Assembly (NCBI GenBank): GCA_046262635.1
Contig: JBHEMK010000067.1
Span: forward strand, 8,152 to 72,151
Reading direction: 5' to 3'
Origin: Gaiellaceae bacterium
Lineage (GTDB): Bacteria; Actinomycetota; Thermoleophilia; Gaiellales; Gaiellaceae
DNA: 64,000 nt
Below are positions 1 through 9,686 of this stretch, in pieces. The notes beneath the pieces are model-generated. The model was not told where the DNA came from and did not search any database. It saw only the letters and a program-made list of their open reading frames with translations. Both the position numbers and the translations under genes were made by a program. How positions within the stretch are numbered: position 1 is the first letter of the stretch; each line of letters opens with the position of its first letter.

Positions 1-641
1 ACTGTCTTCGAGCCCTCCGCGTAGTACGAGCGCAGCCCGACGTTGACAAATCCCCAGGGGAGCTCGAAGGAGAGCTCGACCGTGAGACGGCTGCAGTCGT
101 CGTAGCTGCCGCGGACGGCGTAGATCGTCGCGCCGTAGGCGGCCGTGGCGACGAGTTTCTCGCGCTCCAGATCGAACGGGCAGAAAACGACGGCGTCAAG
201 GCCCTCGACGGCGGCGCGGGCCGCGACAGCGTTCGCGAGGTTGCCGGTCGACGAGCACGAGATCGTCTCGTAGCCGAGCTCCTGCGCCTTCGCGCACGCC
301 ACGGCCACGACGCGATCCTTGAAGGAGTGGGTCGGGTTCGCGGTGTCGAGCTTCAGGTACAGCTCGGCAAGCCCGAGCTCGGCCGCGAGCCGCGGTGCCG
401 GGACGAGGGGAGTCAGGCCCGGTGCGAGCCTCGGCTCGTCCGGCGGCGCGACGGGCAGCAGCGGGGCGTAGCGCCAGAGCGACGGCGGACCGGCCTCGAT
501 GCGCTCGCGCGAGACCGTTCGGCGGAGCTCGTCGAGGTCGTAGACGGGGTCGAGCGGCCCGAAACAGCGCGGGCAGGCGCCGACGCCCTCGAGGGAGAGA
601 TCGTGGCCGCAGCGGCGGCAGGAGAGGTGGGTCGCGGGCAA
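1..641 (-). CDS. ThrC-family PLP enzyme with N-terminal Cys4 zinc ribbon; only the 5' part is present (C-terminus lies left of the window); SAM-riboswitch controlled, MetM-like candidate
   Basis: Own translation of the minus strand from TTG 641 (GGAGG 6 nt upstream): LPATHLSCRRCGH..ACPRCFGPLDPVYDL..LKLDTANPTHSFKDRVVAVA..SCSSTGNLANAVAA. By eye it is roughly half identical to the 23817..25001 paralogue. It is absent from the ORF track because it runs off the edge. Confidence 0.85.
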   Translation of the reverse strand, partial: MPATHLSCRRCGHDLSLEGVGACPRCFGPLDPVYDLDELRRTVSRERIEAGPPSLWRYAPLLPVAPPDEPRLAPGLTPLVPAPRLAAELGLAELYLKLDTANPTHSFKDRVVAVACAKAQELGYETISCSSTGNLANAVAARAAVEGLDAVVFCPFDLEREKLVATAAYGATIYAVRGSYDDCSRLTVELSFELPWGFVNVGLRSYYAEGSKT

Positions 642-663
642 GGATGGCCTCCTTCGGTCGGTC

Positions 664-776
664 TCGCTCTACATCGTCCGAGCGGTACAGCTCGGCCGGC
701 TTGGCACCTTGCGTGGTACGCAGGTTGCCGAGGCGTCAGCGGGCCGGTTCCCTCAGCCTCTCTTGATGCGGAGCGG
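664..776 (-). promoter_or_regulatory. SAM-I (S-box) riboswitch aptamer in the 5' leader of the ThrC-like gene
   Basis: Minus-strand RNA CAUCAAGAGAGGCUGAGGGAACCGGCCCGCUGACGCCUCGGCAACCUGCGUACCACGCAAGGUGCCAAGCCGGCCGAGCUGUACCGCUCGGACGAUG carries the S-box blocks AUCAAGAG, GAGGGA, GGCCC, UGA, GGCAACC and AAGGUGCCAA. P1 closes as GCUCcGCAUC...GAUGuaGAGC. The aptamer ends about 25 nt before the GGAGG/TTG start. Confidence 0.9.
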
Positions 777-799
777 GCACGCCCGCCCTCTGCAGCCGC

Positions 800-807
800 A
801 GTATAAA
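800..807. promoter_or_regulatory. AT-rich patch with overlapping divergent -10-like hexamers (TATACT on minus for the riboswitch transcript, TATAAA on plus for proA)
   Basis: gcaGTATAAAgtaaag is the only AT-rich island in the 641..927 spacer. No good -35 was found on either side. Confidence 0.3.
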
Positions 808-926
808 GTAAAGCGACCATCGCCGCAGGGACGACAGAGAGACTGGTCGCGCTGGTCGAGGGCGAGGCCGAGGCGGCGATCGCCACTCTCCCGCTTCTCG
901 ACGAGCAGGCGATCGAGCAGGGGCTC

Positions 927-2096
927 GTGCTCGCGGCCCGCTTGCTGCGTGAGCGACGCGGGGAACTGCTGGAGGCGAATGAGCTCGACGTCGCCGCGGC
1001 GCGGCGGCGGCTCGATGCGGGGGCGCTTGATCGGCTCCGCCTCGACGACGGGCGACTCGAGGCGATCGCCCTAGGGCTCGAGGCGACGGCGGCGCTCGAG
1101 CCGCTTGAGCGCGAGGCGGGCTCGTGGCGGCTGCCGAACGGCCTCGAGGTCTCAGAACGGCGGGTTCCGATCGGCGTCGTCGGCGCGAACTTCGAGGCCC
1201 GGCCGAACGTCGCCGCGGATGTCGCCGCGCAGGTGCTGAAGAGCGGCAATGCGGTCGTGCTCCGCACCGGCGGCGCCGCTCTCGGCACAGTCACGGCGCT
1301 CGTCGACCGTGCGCTCAGACCCGCCCTCGACGAGACCGGGCTGCCGGGCTCCGCGATCGGGCTCGTCCGCTCTGCGGACCGTGCCGGCGCGGAGGCGCTC
1401 GTCTCGCTCCCGCAGCTGATCCCGCTCGTGATCCTGCGCGGCAGCGGGCCCTCGACGGCGGCCCTTGCCCGCACCGCTGCGCTGAGCGGCGTCAGGACGC
1501 TCGCCCACGCGGAGGGCGGCGGTGTCCTCTACGTCCATTCGGGGGCATCCTTCGAGCGGCTCGTGGCCGTCGCACGCGCGAGCCTCGATCGGCTCGGTGT
1601 CTGCAACAGGCTGAATCTCGTGCTCGCCGACCGGGCGGCGACCGGGCTCACCTCTGCCCTGCTCGATCTCCTCTCGGAGCAGGGCCTCGCGGTGCGGGGC
1701 ACGGAGCGCGCGCTCGCCTGCCGCGGCGTCCTGCCGCTCGACGAGCGGCTTGGCCACGAGTGGGCGAGCGATCCCGAGCGCGTGGCGACCGTCAGCCTCG
1801 ATCTCGTCGACAGCCTCGACGAGGCGGTGCGGATCGCCAACGAGGAGACCGCCGGGCTGGCCGCGGCGATCGTGACCGAGGACGAGCGCGCCGCGCAGCG
1901 GTTCCTCGACGGCTACCGCGGCACCGCCGCGTTCTGGAACGCCACCACCCGCTTCACCGACGGCTTCGAGCTGCTGGGTACTCCGGAGACGGGAGTCAAC
2001 GTCGACCGGGCCCCGGGCCCGCGCGGGCCGGTCACCTACCGGGACCTCTGCCTGCGTCAGTACCGGGTCGTCGGCGACGGCACCCAGCGCAGATGA
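927..2096 (+). CDS. proA: gamma-glutamyl phosphate reductase
   Basis: ORF track 389 aa with RRVPIGVVGANFEARPNV, catalytic-Cys context GVCNRLNLVL and NATTRFTDG. It has an ATGA overlap with proB. The conserved N-terminus continues upstream of GTG 927 in the same frame (see finding). Confidence 0.9.
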   Translation: MLAARLLRERRGELLEANELDVAAARRRLDAGALDRLRLDDGRLEAIALGLEATAALEPLEREAGSWRLPNGLEVSERRVPIGVVGANFEARPNVAADVAAQVLKSGNAVVLRTGGAALGTVTALVDRALRPALDETGLPGSAIGLVRSADRAGAEALVSLPQLIPLVILRGSGPSTAALARTAALSGVRTLAHAEGGGVLYVHSGASFERLVAVARASLDRLGVCNRLNLVLADRAATGLTSALLDLLSEQGLAVRGTERALACRGVLPLDERLGHEWASDPERVATVSLDLVDSLDEAVRIANEETAGLAAAIVTEDERAAQRFLDGYRGTAAFWNATTRFTDGFELLGTPETGVNVDRAPGPRGPVTYRDLCLRQYRVVGDGTQRR

Positions 2097-3205
2097 TCGT
2101 CGTCGTCAAGCTCGGCTCGACGCTCGTGGCCGACGCGAACGGGCGCGTCCGGCGCTCGCTGCTGACCGCCCGCGCCGCGGAGATCGGGCAGCTCGCGCGC
2201 GGAGGCGAGCGCGTCTGCGTCGTCTCGTCCGGCGCGATCGCGCTCGGGCTCCCTCGGCTTCGTCTCGCGCGGCGGCCACGGTCGACGCCGCGGCTCCAGG
2301 CCGCCTCCGCGCTCGGGCAGGTCCGCCTGCAGCAGGCGTGGGACTCCGCGCTCCGGGCCGAGAGGCTCGAGGCGGCGCAGATCCTGCTCTCGGCCGCCGA
2401 CCTCGCCGAGCGCTCCAGCTACGTCAACCTCCGCAACGTCTTCGAGGCGCTCCTGCGCGCGGGCGTCGTGCCGGTCGTGAACGAGAACGACGCGACTGCG
2501 ACGGATGAGATCACCTTCGGCGACAACGATGCACTCGCCGCGCAGGTTGCGGTCTTGACGCGGGCGCGGCTTCTCGTCCTCCTGACCGAGGTCGACGGCG
2601 TCTACACGGCCCACCCCGCCGCGCCGGGAGCGACGCCGCTCCCGGACGGCGACGCGGCGGCTGGGGCGCTCGTCGGCCCCGGCAGCGCGCTTGGGCGCGG
2701 GGGGATGGCGAGCAAGATCGCCGCCGCCCGGCTCGCAGCCGCCGCCGGAATCCCGACGGTGATCGCCTCCGGACGCGGTCCTGACGTCTTAGGCGCGCTC
2801 GTCGCGGGGGAGCGCCGGGGGACGCGGTTCGCAGCCCGCCCGGCGACCGGTGCGAGCGCGTTCAGGCTCTGGCTCCGCTATGCGAAGCCGGCCGCGGGTC
2901 GGATCGTCGTCGACGAGGGGGCCCGCAGCGCCCTGCTCGCCCACGGGCGCAGCCTGCTCGCAGTCGGTGTCGTCCGCTGCGAGGGGCCGTTCGTCCCAGG
3001 CGACGCGGTTGAGCTGGTCGCGCAGGACGGCACCGTCTTTGCGAAGGGGATCGCGAGCGCGGGCGCTGCGGAACTGCCGGACCGCCCCCGCGGCCTGGAG
3101 GTTGTCCACCGCGACCGGCTCGTCCTCCTCGACCCGGGGACCGGTGCGTCCCCTGGAGACGCGGGCGTGCAACCCGCTCAGGCTCGCAGTCTACGGGCCA
3201 CGTGA
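2093..3205 (+). CDS. proB: glutamate 5-kinase with C-terminal PUA domain
   Basis: ATG 2093 lies inside the artefactually long ORF 1124..3205. Motifs: [43 protein letters not shown]. Length is 370 aa. Confidence 0.9.
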   Translation: MIVVVKLGSTLVADANGRVRRSLLTARAAEIGQLARGGERVCVVSSGAIALGLPRLRLARRPRSTPRLQAASALGQVRLQQAWDSALRAERLEAAQILLSAADLAERSSYVNLRNVFEALLRAGVVPVVNENDATATDEITFGDNDALAAQVAVLTRARLLVLLTEVDGVYTAHPAAPGATPLPDGDAAAGALVGPGSALGRGGMASKIAAARLAAAAGIPTVIASGRGPDVLGALVAGERRGTRFAARPATGASAFRLWLRYAKPAAGRIVVDEGARSALLAHGRSLLAVGVVRCEGPFVPGDAVELVAQDGTVFAKGIASAGAAELPDRPRGLEVVHRDRLVLLDPGTGASPGDAGVQPAQARSLRAT

Positions 3206-4942
3206 GCCGCCGGCGCCTGGGGCGACGCGATCTCCGACCGGCGCGGGTGGGCGGGTGATGGCGCCGTCTGAGGCGGAGGAGACGAGCGCCGCGTACTTGC
3301 CGAGCACGCCCGCGCGATAGCGCGCCGGCGGCGGCCTCCACTCCGCGAGCCGTCGCTCCAGCTCGCCCTCCGGCACCTCGACGCGCAGCTCCCTGCCCTC
3401 GACGTCGATCGCGACGGTGTCGCCTTCCTCGACCGCCGCGAGCGGCCCGCGGCGCGCCGCCTCGGGTGCGATGTGGCCGACCATCAACCCGTGCGTGGCA
3501 CCGGAGAAGCGGCCGTCCGTGACGAGCGCGACCGCATCGCCGAGGCCCGCCCCGACGAGCGCGCCGGTCACGTGGAGCATCTCGCGCATCCCGGGCCCGC
3601 CGGCCGGCCCCTCGTAGCGGATCACGATCACGTCGCCGGGCTCGATCGAGCCCGCGGTGACGGCGGCGAAGCACTCCTCCTCGGAGTCGAAGACCCGCGC
3701 CGGGCCGCGATGGAGGAGCCGCTCGTGGCCGACGAGCTTGACGACGGAGCCCTCCGGCGCGAGGTTGCCGCGGAGGATGGCCAGGCCTCCCGTCGCCTTC
3801 AGCGGCCGTCCGGCCGGCCTGATCACCTCCTGACCGGGCGTCTCCCGTGCCGCGGCGGCGATTCCGCCGAGAGTGCGGCCGTCGACGTTGAGCGTGCCCT
3901 CGTGGACGAGGCCCGCCTCCACGAGCTCCCGTGCGACGAGCGCGAGCCCGCCGGCGCGATGGAGGTCGGTGGCGACGAAGCGGCCGGCCGGCTTGAGGTC
4001 GGCGAGGACCGGCGTCCGCGAGGCGATCTCGTCGAAGTCGTCGAGCTCGAGCGCGATGTCGAGCTCGCGCGCGATCGCGAGCAGGTGCAGGACGCCGTTC
4101 GTCGAGCCGCCGGTCGCGACGATCGCCGTGATCGCATTCTCGATCGCCTCGCGCGTGAGGATCGCGGAGGTGCGGACGTCGTCGCGGACGAGATCGAGCA
4201 CGATCCGGCCCGCCTGCTCGGCCGCGCCCGCCTTCGCCGGGTCGAGCGCCGGCACGTCGTTCAGTCCAGCCGGGCTGACTCCGAGAAACTCGAGCGCGGT
4301 GGACATCGTGTTCGCGGTGAACTGTCCGCCGCAGGCGCCGGCGCCGGGGCAGGCGACCCCCTCCAGCTCGTGCACGTCCTCGGCGCTCATCGTCCCGGCC
4401 GCGTGCGCACCCACCGCCTCGAAGACGTCCTGGATCGTCACGTTGCGGCCGCGGAAGCGGCCGGGGGCGATCGAGCCGCTGTAGAGAACGAGTGCGGGCA
4501 GGTCCAGGCGCGCGAGGGCCATCACGGCGGCGGGAATCGTCTTGTCGCAGCCGACGAGGCAGACGAGCCCGTCGAACAGATGGCCGCGCGCGACGAGCTC
4601 GATCGAGTCTGCGATCACCTCGCGCGAGACGAGCGAGGCGCGCATCCCGTCGCTGCCCATCGAGACGCCGTCCGAGACCGCGATCGTGTTGAACTCCATC
4701 GGCGTGCCCCCGGCAGCGCGGATGCCGCGCTTCACGTCCTGCGCGAGCCTACGCTGGTTCAGGTTGCACGGCATCGTCTCGATCCACGTCGTCGCCACAC
4801 CGACGAGCGGGCGCGCGAGGTCGTCGTCGGAGAAGCCGGTGCCCTTCAGCATCGCCCGGGCCGCGGCGCGCCCGACGCCGTCGGTGAGCGCCGCGCTGAC
4901 GCGCTTGGCGGGATCGGACGGGCGGTCGTACGGGTCGCTCAT
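3191..4942 (-). CDS. ilvD: dihydroxy-acid dehydratase
   Basis: 583 aa with [26 protein letters not shown] and GGPGMREML. It has an ATGA overlap with the thrB stop. Its 3' end overlaps the proB 3' end by 15 nt (convergent). Confidence 0.95.
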   Translation of the reverse strand: MSDPYDRPSDPAKRVSAALTDGVGRAAARAMLKGTGFSDDDLARPLVGVATTWIETMPCNLNQRRLAQDVKRGIRAAGGTPMEFNTIAVSDGVSMGSDGMRASLVSREVIADSIELVARGHLFDGLVCLVGCDKTIPAAVMALARLDLPALVLYSGSIAPGRFRGRNVTIQDVFEAVGAHAAGTMSAEDVHELEGVACPGAGACGGQFTANTMSTALEFLGVSPAGLNDVPALDPAKAGAAEQAGRIVLDLVRDDVRTSAILTREAIENAITAIVATGGSTNGVLHLLAIARELDIALELDDFDEIASRTPVLADLKPAGRFVATDLHRAGGLALVARELVEAGLVHEGTLNVDGRTLGGIAAAARETPGQEVIRPAGRPLKATGGLAILRGNLAPEGSVVKLVGHERLLHRGPARVFDSEEECFAAVTAGSIEPGDVIVIRYEGPAGGPGMREMLHVTGALVGAGLGDAVALVTDGRFSGATHGLMVGHIAPEAARRGPLAAVEEGDTVAIDVEGRELRVEVPEGELERRLAEWRPPPARYRAGVLGKYAALVSSASDGAITRPPAPVGDRVAPGAGGSRGP

Positions 4943-5754
4943 AGCGGGCCGGCTCCTTTTGACGAGATCGCGAGAGGGCGGACGTTGGCTCCGGGAAAGC
5001 GCTCGGCGAGCTCGGCGGCGCAGGCCTCCGAGGCGCCGGGCCTGGCCCAGACGATCACCGTCGGGCCGGAGCCCGAGAGCGTCGCGGCGACCGCGTCGGC
5101 GGGGAGCGGGTCGCGCACAGCGGTGAGCACCGGCGCGTTCGCCGCGCGGTACGGCTCGTGCAGGCGGTCGTCGGCCGCGGCGGCGAAGAGCTCGGTCGAG
5201 CCGCCCGCGAGGCCGGCGCCGAGCAGCGCGGCGCGAGCGACCGTGTGGGCCGCGTCGGCAAACGGCACCTGCTCCGGCAGCGCCGCGCGCGCGGCCCGCG
5301 TTTCCACCAGCCCGGGCGGGACCACTGCGACCGGCTCCGCCGGGGCGCCGTCGGCGATGCGGGCGATCCGCCCGGCCCAGGTCAGGCAGACGCCGCCGGT
5401 CAGCGCGGCCGCAAGGTTGTCCGGATGCCCTTCGAGGTCGAGCCCGAGCCCGAGCAGCTCCTCCGCGTGGGCGTCGCGGCCGGAGGCAATCGCGCCGGCG
5501 ATGAGACCGAGGGCGATCGTGGCTGCGCTCGAGCCGAGGCCGCGCTGGCGTGGGATCCGGTCGGTGAAGGCGAAGCTTCGGTGACCGACCGCCGCGAGCC
5601 GCGCGAACGCCTGCACGGCGAGGTGATCGGGGTCGGCACCGCCGCCGTCCTCCCGGACCTCGAGCTCGTTCCAGAGGTCGAGCGCCGCCGCCGCGCAGTC
5701 GAAGCCCGGACCGAGGTTCGCAGTCGTCGCCGGCGCGTGCACGCGGATCGTCAC
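4939..5754 (-). CDS. thrB: homoserine kinase
   Basis: GTG 5754 (GTGA overlap with the thrC stop) inside long ORF 4939..6546. Motifs: [15 protein letters not shown] and the GHMP motif [14 protein letters not shown]. Confidence 0.9.
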   Translation of the reverse strand: MTIRVHAPATTANLGPGFDCAAAALDLWNELEVREDGGGADPDHLAVQAFARLAAVGHRSFAFTDRIPRQRGLGSSAATIALGLIAGAIASGRDAHAEELLGLGLDLEGHPDNLAAALTGGVCLTWAGRIARIADGAPAEPVAVVPPGLVETRAARAALPEQVPFADAAHTVARAALLGAGLAGGSTELFAAAADDRLHEPYRAANAPVLTAVRDPLPADAVAATLSGSGPTVIVWARPGASEACAAELAERFPGANVRPLAISSKGAGPL

Positions 5755-6689
5755 GCCCCCCGCTCCGCCAGCAGGTCGACCGCCGCGGGATCCTTCAGCC
5801 CATGGCCGGTGAGCACGCACACCACACGCTCGCCGAGCGCCGCCGCCCCGCGCGCCAGGCCCGCGATCGGCGCCGCCGAGGCAGGCTCGCAGAAGAGGCC
5901 TTCCTCGCGCGCGAGCGAGCGCCAGGCGGCCGCGATTTCGTCGTCGCTGACCGAGATCACCGAGCCGCCCGAGCGGGCGACCGCCACATCGACCTCGCGT
6001 CGGTGGACGGGAACCGCGATCCGGATCGCCGAGGCGACTGTCTCTGGGCGGGTCTGAGCCTCGACCGGATGCAGGCGCGGAAGCGAGCCGGTCTCGAGAA
6101 AGCCCTTCGCGTAGGCGGCCGTGTTGCCGCCGCCGCCGTAGGGGAGGGCGAGCACGTCCGGCGCCCCGCCGAGTTGCTCGATGATCTCGAACGCAGCCGT
6201 CTTCTGGCCCTCGAGCCGGTTCGGGTTGGTCGAATTGACGAACGTGAAGTGCTCCGCCTCGGCCAGCTCGAGGGCGGCAGAGAACGCGTCCTCGAACGAG
6301 CCACGGATCTCGAGCAGCCGCGCGCCGGCGGCACGCACCTGAACGAGCTTCGAGGCGGCCACGGCGCCGGCCGGGTAGGCGACGATCGCCTCGATGCCGG
6401 CCCGGGCGGCGTAGGCGGCGGCCGACGCCGCGGTGTTGCCGGTCGAGGCGCAGACGACGCCCCGCGCGCCCTCCTCGAGCGCCTTCGCGACCGCGACGGC
6501 CATGCCGCGGTCCTTGAACGAGCCGGTCGGATTCGCGCCCTCCCACTTCAGCCAGATCTCGACGCCGAGCCGAGCCGAGATGCGCCCGGCGCGCACGAGC
6601 GGGGTCGAGCCCTCGCCGAGCGTGACGAGCGGTGTCTTCTGCGAGACCGGCAGCGAGTCGCGGTAGCGCTCGAGCAGGGGGACGTGCAC
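5751..6689 (-). CDS. thrC: threonine synthase (short canonical form)
   Basis: 312 aa with [17 protein letters not shown] (PLP Lys) and [14 protein letters not shown]. It sits in a hom-thrC-thrB arrangement. Confidence 0.9.
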   Translation of the reverse strand: MHVPLLERYRDSLPVSQKTPLVTLGEGSTPLVRAGRISARLGVEIWLKWEGANPTGSFKDRGMAVAVAKALEEGARGVVCASTGNTAASAAAYAARAGIEAIVAYPAGAVAASKLVQVRAAGARLLEIRGSFEDAFSAALELAEAEHFTFVNSTNPNRLEGQKTAAFEIIEQLGGAPDVLALPYGGGGNTAAYAKGFLETGSLPRLHPVEAQTRPETVASAIRIAVPVHRREVDVAVARSGGSVISVSDDEIAAAWRSLAREEGLFCEPASAAPIAGLARGAAALGERVVCVLTGHGLKDPAAVDLLAERGA

Positions 6690-6691
6690 CG

Positions 6692-7981
6692 TCAGATCCC
6701 TCGCTCGGCGATCACGCGGAGGGAATCGGGGCGGTGGCGCACCTCGGCCAGCTGCTCGATCGCGTCGAGCGCAGCCTCCATGCGTCCCGCCGGGGCCGCG
6801 TGCGTCACGAGGTCGAGGCCCGCGCTGCCGTCTAGGAGGCTCTGGGTCAGGCTGGCGATCGAGACGCCCTCCTCGGCGAAGCGCTCGGCCACCTGTGCGA
6901 GCACGCCGGGGCGGTCTGCGACCTCGATGTGGATGTAGAACGGCGAGGCGAGCTCGCCCGGCGGCAGCCGGTCGAGTGTGCGCCAGCAGGCGTCGTTCTG
7001 GAGGAAGCCGGTTCCGGTTGTGCCGAGGACGCTGACCATGTCGGCGACGACGGCGGAGGCGGTCTCCGTCCCGCCCGCGCCCGGGCCCTCGAGCGTGATC
7101 TCCCGGATCGCGTCGCCCTGGAGCATCACGGCGTTGAACGGGCCCACGACGGAGGCAAGCGGGTGGTGCCGGTCGACGAGCGCCGGCCCGACGCGGACGT
7201 CGACGGCGCCGTTGACGAGCGTCGCCGCGCCGACGAGGCGCACGACGGCGCCGAGCCCGCGCGCAGCGGCCATGTGCTCGGCCCTGAGACCCTCGATCCC
7301 TTGATAGGTGACATCGTCGAGCTCGGCGCGCGCGCCGAAGGCGACTGTCGCGAGGATCGCCATCTTGGCGGCCGCGTCGGCGCCGGAGACGTCATCGGTC
7401 GGGTCTGCCTCCGCGTAACCGAGCAGCTGCGCCTCCGCGAGTGCGTCCTCGTAGCCTGCGCCGTCCTCCATCCGGGTGAGGATGAAGTTCGTCGTCCCGT
7501 TGACGATCCCGAGCACCCGGTGCACGTTGGTCACGACGAGCGACTCGCGCAGGACCTTGATCACCGGGATCGCCCCGCAGACCGACGCCTCGAAGCGCAG
7601 CTGGACGCCTCCGGCCGACGCCGCCTCGAAGAGATCGGCGCTGCGCCGTGCGAGCAGCTGCTTGTTCGCCGAGACGACCGGCTTCCCCGCGCGCAGCAGG
7701 TCGAGGACGTAGCCGCCCGTCGGGTCGGTGCCGCCCATCACCTCCGCCACGAGCGCGATCGACGGATCCTCGAGGATCGACGCGAAGTCGCTCGTGAGGA
7801 CGCCGTCGGCGGGCTGGAAGGCGCGCTCTTTCGCGAGATCGCGCACGAGCGCCCGCACGACGCGGAGGCGGTGACCGGTGGCGCGCTCGATCTCCTCGGC
7901 GCCGTCGATCAGGAGACGGTTGACGGCCGCGCCGACCGTGCCGTAGCCGAGCAGCGCGACCGGAACGTCAACCGACGCCAT
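6692..7981 (-). CDS. hom: homoserine dehydrogenase
   Basis: ATG 7981 (MASVDVPVALLGYGTVGAAV Rossmann start) inside ORF 6692..8323. It has a C-terminal ACT-like part. Length is 429 aa. Confidence 0.9.
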   Translation of the reverse strand: MASVDVPVALLGYGTVGAAVNRLLIDGAEEIERATGHRLRVVRALVRDLAKERAFQPADGVLTSDFASILEDPSIALVAEVMGGTDPTGGYVLDLLRAGKPVVSANKQLLARRSADLFEAASAGGVQLRFEASVCGAIPVIKVLRESLVVTNVHRVLGIVNGTTNFILTRMEDGAGYEDALAEAQLLGYAEADPTDDVSGADAAAKMAILATVAFGARAELDDVTYQGIEGLRAEHMAAARGLGAVVRLVGAATLVNGAVDVRVGPALVDRHHPLASVVGPFNAVMLQGDAIREITLEGPGAGGTETASAVVADMVSVLGTTGTGFLQNDACWRTLDRLPPGELASPFYIHIEVADRPGVLAQVAERFAEEGVSIASLTQSLLDGSAGLDLVTHAAPAGRMEAALDAIEQLAEVRHRPDSLRVIAERGI

Positions 7982-7983
7982 GC

Positions 7984-8994
7984 TCAGCCGACGCCATGCG
8001 CCTCCGCGCCGAGGAGCCCTTCTTTGCCGGCGAGGGCGCGGAGCTCGACACCGACCTGCTCGAGCTGGCCGCCCGCATTCTGCCGCCGCAGCTCCTCGAA
8101 GCGCGGCCGCCCCGCCTCGTCGTCCTCGAACAGCTCGCGCGCGAACGCGCCGCTGCGGATCTCCTCGAGCAGCTTCGTCATGTTCTCGCGCACATGATCG
8201 TCGACGATGCGAGGCCCGCGCGAGAGGTCCCCGTACTCGGCGACGTCGGAGATCGAGTAGCGCATGTACTCGAAACCGCCCTCGTAGATCAGGTCGACGA
8301 TCAGCTTCAGCTCGTTCAGGCACTCGTAGTAGGCGATCTCGGGCTGGTAGCCGGCCTCGACGAGTGTCTCGAAGCCGGCCTTGATCAGGGCCGTGACACC
8401 GCCGCAGAGGACCGCCTGCTCGCCGAAGAGGTCGCTCTCGGTCTCCTCCGCAAAGGTCGTCTCGAGCATGCCGACGCGGCCGCAGCCGATCCCGGTGCCG
8501 TAGGCGAGCGCGAGCTCGAGCGCGCGCCCGCTCGCATCCTGGTGGACAGCGACGAGCCCGGGCGTGCCGGCACCGCTCTTGAACAGCTCCCGGACGCGGT
8601 GGCCCGGGGCCTTCGGCGCCACCATGACGACGTCGTGCGCGGCGGCCGGCGTGATCCGGCCGAAGTGGATGTTGAGCCCATGGGCAAAGAGCAGTGCTGC
8701 GTCGGGCTCGAGGTTGGGCTCGATCTCCTGCTCGTAGACGCCCTTCTGCAGGTGGTCCGGAACGAGAATCGCCACGACCTGGGCCCCGCGGGTCGCCTCG
8801 GCGACGGTGCGGACCGCGAGGCCCGCGTCGTCGGCCGCCTCGCGGGAGCGACTCTCCGGCCGCAGGCCGACCTCGACCTCGACGCCCGAGTCCCGCAGGT
8901 TGAGTGCGTGCGCGTGGCCCTGGCTGCCGTAGCCGACGACCGCGACCTTTCCTGAGAGCAGGTCGAGATTGCCTTCGCGGTGGATCGTGGCCAT
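7984..8994 (-). CDS. ilvC: ketol-acid reductoisomerase
   Basis: 336 aa with [28 protein letters not shown] lies upstream. Confidence 0.95.
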   Translation of the reverse strand: MATIHREGNLDLLSGKVAVVGYGSQGHAHALNLRDSGVEVEVGLRPESRSREAADDAGLAVRTVAEATRGAQVVAILVPDHLQKGVYEQEIEPNLEPDAALLFAHGLNIHFGRITPAAAHDVVMVAPKAPGHRVRELFKSGAGTPGLVAVHQDASGRALELALAYGTGIGCGRVGMLETTFAEETESDLFGEQAVLCGGVTALIKAGFETLVEAGYQPEIAYYECLNELKLIVDLIYEGGFEYMRYSISDVAEYGDLSRGPRIVDDHVRENMTKLLEEIRSGAFARELFEDDEAGRPRFEELRRQNAGGQLEQVGVELRALAGKEGLLGAEAHGVG

Positions 8995-9013
8995 TTGGAG
9001 CTCCTTTCGATGC

Positions 9014-9532
9014 TCAGCGCAGCACGAGCTGGCTGCGGCGGACGCTGGTGGGGGAGGAGGAGGCGCGGCGGAGGCCGATGCGCCCTGTGCGGACGAGCTC
9101 CTTCACGCCGTGCGGGCGGACGAGCTCCTCGAAGGAGTCGATCTCCTCGGGGGTCCCGGCGAGCTCGAAGACGATCGCGTCGGGGCCGAGGTCGGCGATG
9201 CGTGCGCTGAAGACGTCAGCGAGCGCCATCAGCTCGGTTCGCCGCGTGGGCGGGGCGGAGACCTTGATCAGGGCGAGCTCACGCTCGATCGACTCGCCCG
9301 CGGCGAGCTGGGTGATGCGCAGCACGTTCACGAGCTTGTGCATCTGCTTCTCGATCTGCTCGAGCGAGCGGTCGTCGCAGTCGACCTGGAGGGTGATCCG
9401 GGAGATGTCCGCGCGCTCGGTCGGCCCGACCGCGAGGCTCTCGATGTTGAATCCGCGCCGGGCGAACATGTTCGAGATCCGGGCGAGCGCACCGGGCTTG
9501 TTCTCGACGAGCACGGAGAGCGTGTGCTTCAC
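9014..9532 (-). CDS. ilvN: acetolactate synthase small (regulatory) subunit
   Basis: 172 aa with the ACT domain [31 protein letters not shown]. Confidence 0.95.
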   Translation of the reverse strand: MKHTLSVLVENKPGALARISNMFARRGFNIESLAVGPTERADISRITLQVDCDDRSLEQIEKQMHKLVNVLRITQLAAGESIERELALIKVSAPPTRRTELMALADVFSARIADLGPDAIVFELAGTPEEIDSFEELVRPHGVKELVRTGRIGLRRASSSPTSVRRSQLVLR

Positions 9533-9686
9533 GTGCGTGGCCGCCTTGCGCTCCTGCGCCCTGGACGGGCGCTCGGCCAGAGGCCGAGGCCGCCGATACG
9601 GGCTGAGCCCCCCGGCGCCCGGACTGCGCCGGACGTACCGCGCGGCGGCGGCTCCGACGACGAGCGCCGGCGGGTCGTGACGAGGC

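Noticed and set aside
413-1474. Many long ORFs in the supplied track, for example 413..1474(-), 1124..2092(+), 3473..5584(+), 18950..21550(-), 25638-upstream extensions and 42405..43466(+), have Arg/Pro/Ala/Gly-rich products.
   Set aside because: They lie antisense to, or in alternative frames of, genes with clear family motifs. Stop codons are rare in about 70% GC DNA, so such frames stay open by chance. None shows a recognisable domain.
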